Below are positions 34,206-43,527 of a stretch of 43,840 nt of DNA, piece by piece. Every line of letters starts with the position of its first letter. Positions within the stretch are counted from its first letter, which is position 1. The notes beneath the pieces are model-generated. The model searched no databases. It saw nothing but the letters and a program-made list of their open reading frames with translations, and was not told the DNA's origin. Position numbers and translations under genes: made by a program. The stretch comes from a virus. Lineage: Duplodnaviria > Caudoviricetes. The stretch lies in IMG/VR virus record IMGVR_UViG_3300031949_000077, positions 1 to 43,840 of that record; one strand, written 5' to 3'.

Positions 34206-35051
34206 ATGGCATACCAACAAGGTAATTTTAACTTCCAAGGGCAGGTTCCAACAGCTGCTATTATTCAGGCTTACCAGAATAAAGCTCAAATGGAACAGCA
34301 AGCTAAGATGCAAGAAGACCAAGCTAAACGAGGGAGACTGCAGGATACCCTGCAAACCATTCAAATGGCTTCTCAGTTAGTTCAGCAGGGTGTCAATCTA
34401 AGTAACCAAAGACAGCAGAAACAAGCACAGCAAGTATATGCTGCCACTCTGGCTGGAGGTAACGATCTTGTACCTACTGGTCAAAATATGACAGTTCCTT
34501 CCCCAAAAGGGTTTGGATTGCCAGGCACGACAATGAACGTCCAGGAAACAGGTGCTAGGAAACAATATGATCCAGCTTACAAGATGGAGCTCTTAACTTC
34601 ATTGCAGGGTATTGACCCTAGAATGGTACAAGGAACGATGGCTCCTGAGTTAATCAAAGGGATGTTCAAGGAGTCCGAAGGCGTGAGTGCGAAAGACCAG
34701 GCTTTAACTGAGAAGTATAAAGCTGAAACTGCCTTTCTTAAATCAGGTAAACCAGTATCAATTAAAACCAAGTCTGATGTTGAGTTAATGGAACTAGCTC
34801 AAAGAGACGCTTTAGATGAAGCCAAAGCAGCTAATAAGTATGGAGAGATGGCTGACGAGAACTTCTTGATTAAAGTGAAACAAGCAGCAGATGAAAAGTA
34901 TGAGGCATACAAAGCCGCTAGAGACTTGAAAGGTAAGCCTGGATATATCAAAGTGATTGATCCCAAGGGTGTTGTTGGAAATGTCCCTATCAGTGACTGG
35001 AGTAAACGAAAAGACCAATATCGTGAAAAGGGATACCAGAGAGTTAACTAA
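34206..35051 (+). CDS. Putative internal virion/ejection protein
   Basis: Gln-rich coiled coil; position. Confidence 0.6.
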   Translation: MAYQQGNFNFQGQVPTAAIIQAYQNKAQMEQQAKMQEDQAKRGRLQDTLQTIQMASQLVQQGVNLSNQRQQKQAQQVYAATLAGGNDLVPTGQNMTVPSPKGFGLPGTTMNVQETGARKQYDPAYKMELLTSLQGIDPRMVQGTMAPELIKGMFKESEGVSAKDQALTEKYKAETAFLKSGKPVSIKTKSDVELMELAQRDALDEAKAANKYGEMADENFLIKVKQAADEKYEAYKAARDLKGKPGYIKVIDPKGVVGNVPISDWSKRKDQYREKGYQRVN

Positions 35052-37600
35052 TGAAATTCACACCTCTTCCAGATGACATCGAAGTTAAGAAGGATAAACC
35101 CAAGAAGTTTACCCCTCTCGAAGAAATAGCTGTTAAGTTTCCTAAGAAGGAGGAACCTAAGCAAGGCTTTAATGAGCTCCGCTTAGATCCTCTCACTCCG
35201 TCTACAGTTAGCCAGTTACCTGAAGACCAACCTAAGACAAGAACCTCCATCATGGATGAGCTTCTAGCTATGCGTAAAGTAGCCGCTATTCCTGCTGAGA
35301 TGTCTAAAGAAGGACTCACCCAGCTCACTGACATGATTCCTGAGCCTCAAACTAAGTCAGCCTTGCTCAACACAGCTCTGGGTATTCCTAAGACCTCCTT
35401 AGAAGTTGTGGCTGACATGGCTCCTACCTTTATTCATCCTGATGTGGCTATCGGTGCTGGTGTGCTGAAAGGTGCTGGTAAAGCAGCAGCTACTCCAGCT
35501 GCTAAAAAAGTGTTTACTAAGCTAGGTGAAAAGATCCCTGAGGGAGTTAAGAAGGCGTTTACCTATCGTTATGGTCAGCCTAAAGAATATGTAGACATTG
35601 CAGAACAAGCTGAGATCAATATGCGGGTAGGGACTGAGAGAGTAGGGGAAGTAGGTAAAACCATCTTGAACCTACCTAAGAAAGCCCAACAGAACATAGG
35701 ATCTTACTTGAAAGGTGACACAGCAATTAAGCTCTCAGAAGGAGAGAAGGTAGCTGCTGATGCTGCACGTGTAGAATTTAAACAGCTAGGTAAAGATGCC
35801 GTTGAGCTAGGGCTCTTGGATGAAGCTACCTACTTAGCGAATGTTGAGACTTATTTACCTACCATGTATAGAGTAAAAGAGTTAGGTAAGGGCGCAAAGC
35901 TAGGCACTAAGAAACCTACTCGCATGAATTTAGATAGGTTTAAGAAGAAACAGGACCTTTCCCCCGAAGTTAGAGAAGCCTATGGAGAGATCTTAGAAGC
36001 TGGCTATCCAACTGCTAAAGGCTTAATGCAGTTAAACCAAGCCGTGGAGAAAGGGAAGATGTTCCAGAAGGTAAGCCAGACCCCAACGATTGCTACTGGT
36101 GACAAGGTTATTGCTGAATCTAAAGGGTTTGTCCAGCTCCCCACTACACCTAAGCTAGGCAAGCTGTCTGGTTCTTATGTAGATCCAGCCGTAGCTGATG
36201 ATTTAAACGCAATGATTAAAGAGCAAGGACCAATAGCGAAACAATATAAGAAACTACTCAGCATGTGGAAGTTTGGAAAAGTTGTGTTGTCACCATCTAC
36301 TCATGCGAGAAATGTGTTTACCAATGCTTTCTGGTTAGATGTTAGTGGGGTTGGTCCCGCCAAGCAAGCTAAACTCCTACCCAAGGCTTTGAAAGAAATG
36401 AAGTCTAAAGGGCTGTTTTACAAAGAAGCTAAGAAGCAAGGACTCATTGGTACTGAGATGGTTGGGGCTGACGTGATGCGGTTACAAGAGGATTACTTAA
36501 CCGGCAGTATGGGTAACTCACCTTTTGAGCTGGTCAAGAAGGGACTGAACTACGCTAAACGAGCAGCGAATAAGATGGGTGATGCCTACCAAGGTGAAGA
36601 GCAAGTTTTTAAATTAGCCAAATTCATGGATAACTTAGCCAAAGGCATGGGGAAGAAAGAAGCTGCACTTGAAGCTGAACAATGGATCTTTAACTACAGT
36701 AAGATCTCCCCAGCGGTTAAAGCTGCTAGAGAAACCGTTATCCCCTTTGCTACTTACTTCTCCAAAGCTATCCCCCAACTAGCCAAAGCTATTGTCCAAA
36801 ATCCATTAGGGGTTTACAAATATACCCAGTTCTTTGAATCTCTGGAGAATGTAACGGCAGTGCAGAATGATGTTTCCAAAGCAGAAAGACGAGCCATTAA
36901 AGATCAATATGACGTTAACATCATTCCAGGGAAGCGTAAAGATGGGAGATTCCAAACCTTAGACCTAGACTTCCTTACACCTTGGGGTGAAGCTGCACAG
37001 TTAAGCTCTGCCGGTATTCCCCAGCCGTTTACTCCCTCTGGCCCACTCTTTGCTCTTAACAACGCTTTAATCTCCCACTATGATCCTTTCTTAAAGAAAC
37101 CCATCTTTAAGGAATCAGATCCCATGGAAGTAAAGATAAAGAACACTACCGATTATCTCGGGAAAGCCCTACTGCCTAACCTCACACCGGGAATGCCGGG
37201 GATTAAGTCAGGGTTTAGGGGTGGTTACCACTTCCAAGAGTTAACAGATGCTCTCAGAGGTAAACCCAGCTATCCTAAGAAAGAAGCTAAATCCATCCCA
37301 GAAGCCTTATTGAGCACAATGGCGGGACTTAAAACTAGAGGGGTAGATCCCAAACAAGCTCTGCTAGGTCAGGCTATTAAACAGGACATGACCCTTCAGG
37401 AACTTAGTTCTACTCTTGGGACATTGGTAAAGAGGCAGGAGCTTACTAAGAGCGAGAGAGCTTGGGTTATGGACATGTACACTAAGCAGATTAAGAAGAA
37501 AGCTAAACCTAAACCAACAGAAATCTTTTCATTAAGACCGCAGATAGGACCATTGCAGCAAGGGAAGAAGATTGAGAGGAAGTTTACACCACTAGATTAA
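35051..37600 (+). CDS. Large internal virion/ejection protein
   Basis: 849 aa, helical; WK..KV.LSPSTHARN, FNYS, PFATY motifs typical of large podophage ejection proteins. Confidence 0.7.
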   Translation: MKFTPLPDDIEVKKDKPKKFTPLEEIAVKFPKKEEPKQGFNELRLDPLTPSTVSQLPEDQPKTRTSIMDELLAMRKVAAIPAEMSKEGLTQLTDMIPEPQTKSALLNTALGIPKTSLEVVADMAPTFIHPDVAIGAGVLKGAGKAAATPAAKKVFTKLGEKIPEGVKKAFTYRYGQPKEYVDIAEQAEINMRVGTERVGEVGKTILNLPKKAQQNIGSYLKGDTAIKLSEGEKVAADAARVEFKQLGKDAVELGLLDEATYLANVETYLPTMYRVKELGKGAKLGTKKPTRMNLDRFKKKQDLSPEVREAYGEILEAGYPTAKGLMQLNQAVEKGKMFQKVSQTPTIATGDKVIAESKGFVQLPTTPKLGKLSGSYVDPAVADDLNAMIKEQGPIAKQYKKLLSMWKFGKVVLSPSTHARNVFTNAFWLDVSGVGPAKQAKLLPKALKEMKSKGLFYKEAKKQGLIGTEMVGADVMRLQEDYLTGSMGNSPFELVKKGLNYAKRAANKMGDAYQGEEQVFKLAKFMDNLAKGMGKKEAALEAEQWIFNYSKISPAVKAARETVIPFATYFSKAIPQLAKAIVQNPLGVYKYTQFFESLENVTAVQNDVSKAERRAIKDQYDVNIIPGKRKDGRFQTLDLDFLTPWGEAAQLSSAGIPQPFTPSGPLFALNNALISHYDPFLKKPIFKESDPMEVKIKNTTDYLGKALLPNLTPGMPGIKSGFRGGYHFQELTDALRGKPSYPKKEAKSIPEALLSTMAGLKTRGVDPKQALLGQAIKQDMTLQELSSTLGTLVKRQELTKSERAWVMDMYTKQIKKKAKPKPTEIFSLRPQIGPLQQGKKIERKFTPLD

Positions 37601-37609
37601 GGGGGCAGT

Positions 37610-37828
37610 ATGATACGTCGCAAGAAGAAGTCGAATACATACCTTTTATACCAGAAGTTAGACGAGATTCACAAAGATATTAAAGAAGTGAGAGAGCAGG
37701 ACATACCTAACTTAAAGGTAGAAATAGCTGTTGTTAAAGAGAAAGCTAGTACCTCAGCAAAGGTAATATCTGCGTGTGGTGCAGTTACCGCTGTTTTTGC
37801 CTCCATCGCTGTGGCCTGGATAAGCTAA
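37610..37828 (+). CDS. Small coiled-coil protein with C-terminal TM helix (holin/antiholin-like)
   Basis: KLDEIHKDIKEV coiled coil; VISACGAVTAVFASIAVAWI. Confidence 0.55.
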   Translation: MIRRKKKSNTYLLYQKLDEIHKDIKEVREQDIPNLKVEIAVVKEKASTSAKVISACGAVTAVFASIAVAWIS

Positions 37829-37829
37829 C

Positions 37830-38081
37830 ATGTACTACCACTACACTCCAGACGAAGAGGATGGTAGTTACGACATAGTTCCAATAATCATTAAGCACTG
37901 TCCTGTGTGTAAACGAGCCTTTAAGCTCTTCTCAAACGGACCGCTGAAGGCACACTGTGGTGAGTGTAGGACAGAGTTTGAGTTCTCTAAGGAGCTAGAA
38001 AGACCTATTAACTGTCTAACTGACTCCAGGAAAGCTAAGGGTTGCGGCTGTGCTCAGTGTAGGCCCCAAATTTGCCCGTAG
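37830..38081 (+). CDS. Cys-rich Zn-binding protein
   Basis: CPVC, CGEC, CGCAQC. Confidence 0.6.
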   Translation: MYYHYTPDEEDGSYDIVPIIIKHCPVCKRAFKLFSNGPLKAHCGECRTEFEFSKELERPINCLTDSRKAKGCGCAQCRPQICP

Positions 38082-38135
38082 AGGCGTTTACAGCTGTCTG
38101 GTAGGCAATACCCTAAAATCCAGGAAACGTTGAAC

Positions 38136-38360
38136 CTAGGCTAAATTCAACCGGTTCTTTGCTAAAGTAGACTTATTTCTCCCCTTAGATCGTTGTTCTG
38201 ATTCTTTATTAGAATACCATCTCAATTCAATACGATACTGACCACCTGTTTTGAAATCTGGATGTTCTCTCATTTCCATAAGCATAGTTTCAAATTCATA
38301 TTTCATGCGATCGCACTGTTCAAGATATGTAGGATTAATTATCTTTTTCACTGTAATCAT
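38136..38360 (-). CDS. Hypothetical protein
   Basis: Last ORF of the minus arm; ATGA overlap. Confidence 0.55.
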   Translation of the reverse strand: MITVKKIINPTYLEQCDRMKYEFETMLMEMREHPDFKTGGQYRIELRWYSNKESEQRSKGRNKSTLAKNRLNLA

Positions 38361-38560
38361 TTATCCCTCTCCCATCTCCTCAGAACTTCCTCAGCTGTTT
38401 CTGCGTCACATGCTCCATATAGCAGACCTTTTATGCATTTAACGAGCGTTTCTGCTTTGTCTATGGCCTCAAGATAGCCAACAGCCCTCCAATGAGGAAA
38501 ATACTCTGGTATGTTGACTTTGTTTATTAGTGTCTTAGCTCGTTCCGTATTCATTTTCAT
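38357..38560 (-). CDS. Hypothetical protein
   Basis: 67-aa ORF; GGGAG RBS. Confidence 0.55.
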   Translation of the reverse strand: MKMNTERAKTLINKVNIPEYFPHWRAVGYLEAIDKAETLVKCIKGLLYGACDAETAEEVLRRWERDK

Positions 38561-38582
38561 TGCTCTGTCTCCCGTTTATCGT

Positions 38583-38717
38583 TCATAATCCCTCCTCAAA
38601 CTTTTTAACTATGCTATATAGTACATCTAAAACATCCTTGACTTCTATTTCACTATTCTTGTACTCCGCTATTCTGCTTAGTAAAATAGTCACTTCTTCG
38701 TCTAAACTTAGTCGCAT
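38583..38717 (-). CDS. Hypothetical protein (44 aa)
   Basis: Manual ORF MRLSLDEEV...; AAGGAGG RBS. Confidence 0.5.
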   Translation of the reverse strand: MRLSLDEEVTILLSRIAEYKNSEIEVKDVLDVLYSIVKKFEEGL

Positions 38718-38757
38718 TTCCCCTCCTTCCTAATATTAGCAATTTGCAAAGTGCTAA

Positions 38758-39144
38758 TTACCACTCTTTCCACCTACTTAACCTCTTATACATTTCCCCA
38801 TATTTCTTGTCTGATTTTGTCAGAAAAGTGTGTACGTTTTTCTGACATTTAGGGTCGAACAATTTCCATCCTTTCGGCTTATGTCTTGCTACCACATATA
38901 GAGACCATATGTAAACTCCTACCATAAATGTCTCGATCCCAACACCAACCCAATTGCTATAAATAGCCAAGCCAAATAGGGCAAATACTGCTTTTCCTAT
39001 TTTGTAGATGTATTGGGAAGAGGACACATGAGCTGACTTCTTAGTCCTCAAGGTCTTTGCTATTTGCTTCCAGTAGCTAAGGGAGTCTAGGAAGAGAGCT
39101 AGGACTACACAAGCTCCACCAATTGTGGAGAGTAGGTTATGCAT
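38758..39144 (-). CDS. Second PQ-loop/SemiSWEET-like membrane protein (PQ replaced by KQ)
   Basis: SLSYWKQIAKTLRTKKSAHVS parallels the PQI.K..RTK.A.D.S consensus; three hydrophobic segments. Confidence 0.7.
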   Translation of the reverse strand: MHNLLSTIGGACVVLALFLDSLSYWKQIAKTLRTKKSAHVSSSQYIYKIGKAVFALFGLAIYSNWVGVGIETFMVGVYIWSLYVVARHKPKGWKLFDPKCQKNVHTFLTKSDKKYGEMYKRLSRWKEW

Positions 39145-39328
39145 ACATCCTAGGAGAACACTCGGGACAGAAACAGTAACTTAGGTGGGTTATGTTCCCA
39201 CTTATTGTTGGATTAGATGAGGATGTACCAACTGGAGAATACTTTTCTTGAAGTTTATCTATTTGAAGCTGTAACCATTTTACTTGATCCTCTAGCTCTT
39301 CAATTCTTGCTTTATCTTTCTTTGTCAT
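39137..39328 (-). CDS. Coiled-coil/Cys hypothetical protein
   Basis: MTKKDKARIEELEDQV...CFCPEC; TAATG coupling. Confidence 0.55.
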   Translation of the reverse strand: MTKKDKARIEELEDQVKWLQLQIDKLQEKYSPVGTSSSNPTISGNITHLSYCFCPECSPRMYA

Positions 39329-39729
39329 TATAACCCCCTCAATAACTTGCCCCAATCCGCAGCGGTTAAAATTTCATCTGCTAAATGTGGTGCTTGCTTA
39401 ACAGCCTGACTGTACACTTTCCGGTATACCCATTTCTGGTAGGGAATCAGAACAGCGTTGAAGATGTAATCTAACTTCAGCCAACGGCAAACACGCAGGT
39501 CCAATGACCAGAGCCATTTAGGTGCTCTGATGAAGTTGTGCCTAGGGAATATAAACTCATAAAAGGTACTGAAACCCAGTGAGCAATATACCCTCACAGT
39601 TCCAAACTTTTCCTTGGTTTGGCTGACATGAATACGTCCGTATCTAGCAAGCTTATGTCCAATGTCCGAGGCTATTTGGTCAAGCCTGTCGAAGTTCTCA
39701 TTCGGCCAACCATCTCCGTAGCTATGCAT
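39328..39729 (-). CDS. Conserved phage hypothetical protein
   Basis: QTKEKFGTVRVY motif (KEKFG.LR.Y type). Confidence 0.65.
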   Translation of the reverse strand: MHSYGDGWPNENFDRLDQIASDIGHKLARYGRIHVSQTKEKFGTVRVYCSLGFSTFYEFIFPRHNFIRAPKWLWSLDLRVCRWLKLDYIFNAVLIPYQKWVYRKVYSQAVKQAPHLADEILTAADWGKLLRGL

Positions 39730-39927
39730 TTACTTATCCTCCAAATATACTTTGTGTGCTTCAAATCCACCAGCTTTGGTTAAAATTATGGCGTTCGTGT
39801 CTGAGCGTCTTAGGTACAGTTCTAAGGCATCTAGGAAATGGTCTGTGGCTTCCTCATCATAATGTAGTTCCAACGTCACTAATCCCTTAAAAGTTAGCTG
39901 GTATGTCTCTTCCTGTTTCTTCTTCAT
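39730..39927 (-). CDS. Hypothetical protein
   Basis: 65-aa ORF; GGGGAG RBS. Confidence 0.55.
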   Translation of the reverse strand: MKKKQEETYQLTFKGLVTLELHYDEEATDHFLDALELYLRRSDTNAIILTKAGGFEAHKVYLEDK

Positions 39928-40185
39928 TTAATTCTCCCCTTTGTGTTCAACTGAAACATCCAACCCTTTAGGAGCTTCAGCAATAACTGCATTTCCATCT
40001 GCGTCAATAACTATCTTCACTCTCTTGCTCTTCCTACGTCTTGTTTGTTTAGACTCTTCAATGTTTTTGTCGTAGATGTATTCTAAGACCAAGATCGCTA
40101 ACATAGATGTGCTTAAAATAATCTCTAAAGCAAAACCCCAAAAAATCACCAGTGCTTCATGTTGAGTGGCAAATTGTTCTAACAC
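39928..40185 (-). CDS. Membrane protein with basic cytoplasmic tail
   Basis: GTG start, GAGGAGG RBS, hydrophobic N-terminal half. Confidence 0.6.
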   Translation of the reverse strand: MLEQFATQHEALVIFWGFALEIILSTSMLAILVLEYIYDKNIEESKQTRRRKSKRVKIVIDADGNAVIAEAPKGLDVSVEHKGEN

Positions 40186-40196
40186 ACAGCCTCCTC

Positions 40197-40382
40197 TTAC
40201 TTCTCTTGTTTTTCTTCCCAGTACTGTTCAACATCCTCAATATACCACCCGAGCTGTCCATCATTCAGTCTAGGCCGTTCCAGGTTCGAGCGTAAGACAA
40301 ACCACCTCTGAAAATCTTCGATTACTTTAGAGAATAGGTACCGTTGAATCTCACTGTTATCTACTTTAATTTTATACCGCAT
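40197..40382 (-). CDS. Hypothetical protein
   Basis: 61-aa ORF; GGAGG RBS. Confidence 0.55.
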   Translation of the reverse strand: MRYKIKVDNSEIQRYLFSKVIEDFQRWFVLRSNLERPRLNDGQLGWYIEDVEQYWEEKQEK

Positions 40383-40457
40383 ACTACCTCCAGATAAACC
40401 AGTAAATAAAGATAACTAACACAGGAAACAGGAAAAAACCGCAAGCAAAGCTAAGCA

Positions 40458-40772
40458 CTAGAACATCCTTCCATGACGGTATGGGCGGGTTTTGTTATAC
40501 GCCATCTTTTTCGCTACTACACTATCAATATCCATCTGAACGTACCCCATCAAATCTAATAACCTAATCATGACATCAGCCAATTCTTCGTGTAGCCTAT
40601 CCCGTCCCTGGTCCTTTCTTAACACTTCAGCAGCCTCACTAACTTCTCCATTGATCAGCAGCAGCTTAATTAGGACTGTTTTAACGTCATCTTCTAACGG
40701 GGCATGATCATAGAATCCATTATTAAATGCAGTGAGGTATGCTTCTTTAGCTAGTGGGTTAAAATTAGTCAC
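40458..40772 (-). CDS. MazG-like nucleotide pyrophosphohydrolase
   Basis: GEVSEAAE...EELADVMIRLLDL (ExxE...ExxD), K...N..RPYRHG. Confidence 0.85.
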   Translation of the reverse strand: MTNFNPLAKEAYLTAFNNGFYDHAPLEDDVKTVLIKLLLINGEVSEAAEVLRKDQGRDRLHEELADVMIRLLDLMGYVQMDIDSVVAKKMAYNKTRPYRHGRMF

Positions 40773-41212
40773 TCTATTCCCTCCAAATACTTAGTCTTTC
40801 CTCTTACTTTTGTGGCTCTTAGTAGAGAGCCTCGGTTGATGTCTTTGCTGTAAGACACATGTATCCAGCCACCAGGATAAAACTCTAAGATTAGTTGGTC
40901 GAAAACAAGAAGTCCTTTGATATACTTAGCCACTTCCAAATTATCGTAGCCTGGAACAATGATATCAGCTGCCTGGCCTTTGCAGTGCTGCGAAGAAGTA
41001 GAGCCACCTATGGCTTTGTTTAGAGCAGGACTGCGATAGCCGCTAGACACAACCACAGGGCCACACTGCATACGAAGGGGCTCAAGAACACGCTTACACA
41101 GGAGCTGTAAGTTATTAACCGCTTCATTCGACGGCTTATTAATTATCCCCAGTCTCTTCGCTGTTTGGGACGTTACAAACTCTTCAAGTGTAAAATAATT
41201 AGATAATCGCAT
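40769..41212 (-). CDS. Endolysin, peptidase M15A family
   Basis: LS.YFTL.E, LEPLR, SSGYRS..LN..IGG...SQH..GQAADI, WIHVS. Confidence 0.9.
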   Translation of the reverse strand: MRLSNYFTLEEFVTSQTAKRLGIINKPSNEAVNNLQLLCKRVLEPLRMQCGPVVVSSGYRSPALNKAIGGSTSSQHCKGQAADIIVPGYDNLEVAKYIKGLLVFDQLILEFYPGGWIHVSYSKDINRGSLLRATKVRGKTKYLEGIE

Positions 41213-41912
41213 TTAGATCTCCTATTCGGTATCGGGGTTTAGGGTATGGCTTGTGTAGCTCGTACAGATGCTTGGATAAGAAGTGATTGATTTCACTTAA
41301 AGGAACAAAGATACCAATGCCTATGGGATAACCTGCCCATGTAGTACGCAGCGCCGAGACAACTCCTATGAGCTCACTACGAGAGTTAAACACCGGACCA
41401 CCACTATTACCGGGGTTAATCACCGCATCTGTATCAGCACGATACGAGAAATTAGGGAAGGAAAAGAATACTCTAGTGATAATTCCTTTTGTAACAGTCC
41501 AGTACCATCCATGAGGGTGGCCAATAACCAAGACATCTTGACCACTAAAGAGCTGTTCGTCCTTAGCTAAGACCGCCTTACTGAATTTTTGGGCTGATTC
41601 CGCAATCCGAATAAGGGCCAAGTCTCTGAGGCTGTCACAGGCCAAAACCTCACACTTATACAGAAAGCCGTTTGTAGTCACAGCGACTAACTCAGTAATG
41701 TTTGGGTTCTCTACCACGTGTGCTGCTGTTAGTATAGTACCCTTCGTATCAATAAATACTCCAGAACCTTGCCACTCATTCTCTGCTGTAGATGCAAAGA
41801 TAATCACTACTTTATCTGCTAGCTTATCAACCTCTGCTTCTGACCATGATTTAGAGAAAACAGGTGAAACAAACAGACCTATTGCAACGACTACGGAAAT
41901 AACCTTTTTCAT
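41199..41912 (-). CDS. Secreted trypsin-like (HtrA-type, PDZ-less) serine protease
   Basis: Sec signal peptide MKKVISVVVAIGLFVSPVFS; triad TAAHV, DLAL, INPGNSGGP. Confidence 0.9.
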   Translation of the reverse strand: MKKVISVVVAIGLFVSPVFSKSWSEAEVDKLADKVVIIFASTAENEWQGSGVFIDTKGTILTAAHVVENPNITELVAVTTNGFLYKCEVLACDSLRDLALIRIAESAQKFSKAVLAKDEQLFSGQDVLVIGHPHGWYWTVTKGIITRVFFSFPNFSYRADTDAVINPGNSGGPVFNSRSELIGVVSALRTTWAGYPIGIGIFVPLSEINHFLSKHLYELHKPYPKPRYRIGDLNAII

Positions 41913-42668
41913 TTACTTATGCCCCTTTTTCTTGAGTGTCTGCCAAGCCCCACATTTAGGACATTGGTTTTGGATGTACACTCCAGCCTTTTTCACTCGA
42001 TCCCGTCCTATACGCATCGCTCCGAAGTAACCGCAAGTAGGGCAAGTGGCGTTATCTTTGGTTGTTTGGAAAATCTTCGGCATTGTCTCAGGAGCCCAGG
42101 CTTTTACTGCCAGATACAGCTCCTCAGTAGAAAGCACATCTTTAATATTGTAGTAGCGCATCTCATTCCAGGCACTCTTGTTCCCTTTCAAGCACTCGAC
42201 CCAAAGAGAAAAGCCAGGGAACTTTCCATGAGTTATTTTCTTGTGTTTAGTACAGAACTTATCTGTCAGGTACTCAAGCTTGTTAGACGTGAAGCCAGCT
42301 ACCCGCTTAACAAGACGATAGGTATCGATATGTAAGTAGGGCTTTGGTGGTTTCATGCCATGAAGCATAAATCTTGCATTGATCTTTCTACTGTCAAAAT
42401 GCTGGCCGTTTTGCGTTATAACTATGTCGGCTTCATCCAACATCTTCCACAGTGGTTTTAGTATGCCTCTATCGTTACCTATATGCTTCCTATTATCATA
42501 GTATGTGATATTACTAGCTTTATCTCCTAACCACTTAGCTGACCAAGCCATTATATGCCAGTCGGTATGTATTTGTGACAAATTTACTCGCTGCTCACCA
42601 AGCTCCCATATGTAAGCCAATATTGGAGAAGTCTCGATATCAAGTATTAAAGCGGTAGACTTAAGCAT
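41913..42668 (-). CDS. RNase H-like DEDD exonuclease (YprB/RNase_H_2-like) with C-terminal Zn ribbon
   Basis: LDIETSP, NGQHFD, HIDT, YNIKDV; CPTCG...CPKCG. Confidence 0.85.
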   Translation of the reverse strand: MLKSTALILDIETSPILAYIWELGEQRVNLSQIHTDWHIMAWSAKWLGDKASNITYYDNRKHIGNDRGILKPLWKMLDEADIVITQNGQHFDSRKINARFMLHGMKPPKPYLHIDTYRLVKRVAGFTSNKLEYLTDKFCTKHKKITHGKFPGFSLWVECLKGNKSAWNEMRYYNIKDVLSTEELYLAVKAWAPETMPKIFQTTKDNATCPTCGYFGAMRIGRDRVKKAGVYIQNQCPKCGAWQTLKKKGHK

Positions 42669-42683
42669 GTTACCTCCTTTCGA

Positions 42684-42860
42684 CTAGTTTGTTGTAACAA
42701 TGCCGATAGTTTCGTTCTCGTGAAAACAAAACCCAGCTCCTCGTAAAAAGTCACTAAAATCTGAAATAACTCCGTCTAAATCCTCAGCGTCCGTCTCCAT
42801 CCGAATCACAGTATGCCCTTGTCCAGGGTAATCCATTGTGCAAATAAATTCTATCTTCAT
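42684..42860 (-). CDS. Hypothetical protein (58 aa)
   Basis: Manual ORF with F..FLRGAGF; TAATG coupling. Confidence 0.55.
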   Translation of the reverse strand: MKIEFICTMDYPGQGHTVIRMETDAEDLDGVISDFSDFLRGAGFCFHENETIGIVTTN

Positions 42861-43165
42861 TATTTTTTCCTCTTCTTTTTTTCTGTTAGTAAATACATCA
42901 GATGAATTATAACCGTCTCCACAGCCCTAATCCATTTGTGCTCCGCAGCCAGCTTTACTCTGTATCCATATACGTTTAGAAAGTAAACCCACAAGTGCAG
43001 AAGTTCGTGGAGCATTGTTGAACCAAAATCAGCAACTGTCTTGTGTGCTTTACGACTTATTGCTATCTCATACTTATCTAGTTTTTTAGATCTTGTTACA
43101 CAATAACCACAATCACCTTCTGGCAAGCTATCAACAATCTTTACCTCTATTTTAAATGTGTCCAT
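42860..43165 (-). CDS. HExxH zinc metallopeptidase-like protein (SprT-like)
   Basis: G.C, I.IS, STMLHELLHL, EH. Confidence 0.65.
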   Translation of the reverse strand: MDTFKIEVKIVDSLPEGDCGYCVTRSKKLDKYEIAISRKAHKTVADFGSTMLHELLHLWVYFLNVYGYRVKLAAEHKWIRAVETVIIHLMYLLTEKKKRKK

Positions 43166-43527
43166 TAGTGTACCCTCGTTTTATTCTCAGCAGTAGTTTT
43201 CTTGGTATGACAACCCTTACACAGAATCTGAAGTTCACTACTAGTAACAAACAGCCTTTTAATATACACATCCCAGGAATTAAAACCTACGGCAGGATCA
43301 ATCACCGGCTGCAAGTGGTCAACATTGATGCCTTTTCTAGTAAACACATTATCACAGATCGCACAAATATAATTCACAGATTGACCAGGAGCCAGGGCAG
43401 CATCTAATGCTTTCTTGCGCTCAGGGTGCCAGCGCCAAATCTTCCTCAGAGCCCCAAAGATATACCCAGACAGATTAAACCCTGATTTACGCTTTTTCGT
43501 TACTTTCTTCTTTCTCTTTAGCCGCAT
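43165..43527 (-). CDS. HNH endonuclease
   Basis: CAIC, VDHLQP, LQILCKGCHTKKT. Confidence 0.85.
   Translation of the reverse strand: MRLKRKKKVTKKRKSGFNLSGYIFGALRKIWRWHPERKKALDAALAPGQSVNYICAICDNVFTRKGINVDHLQPVIDPAVGFNSWDVYIKRLFVTSSELQILCKGCHTKKTTAENKTRVH

Noticed and set aside
38082-38160. Bidirectional terminator where the two arms converge
   Set aside because: Only a weak GTTGAA/TTCAAC stem without U-tracts; not supportable
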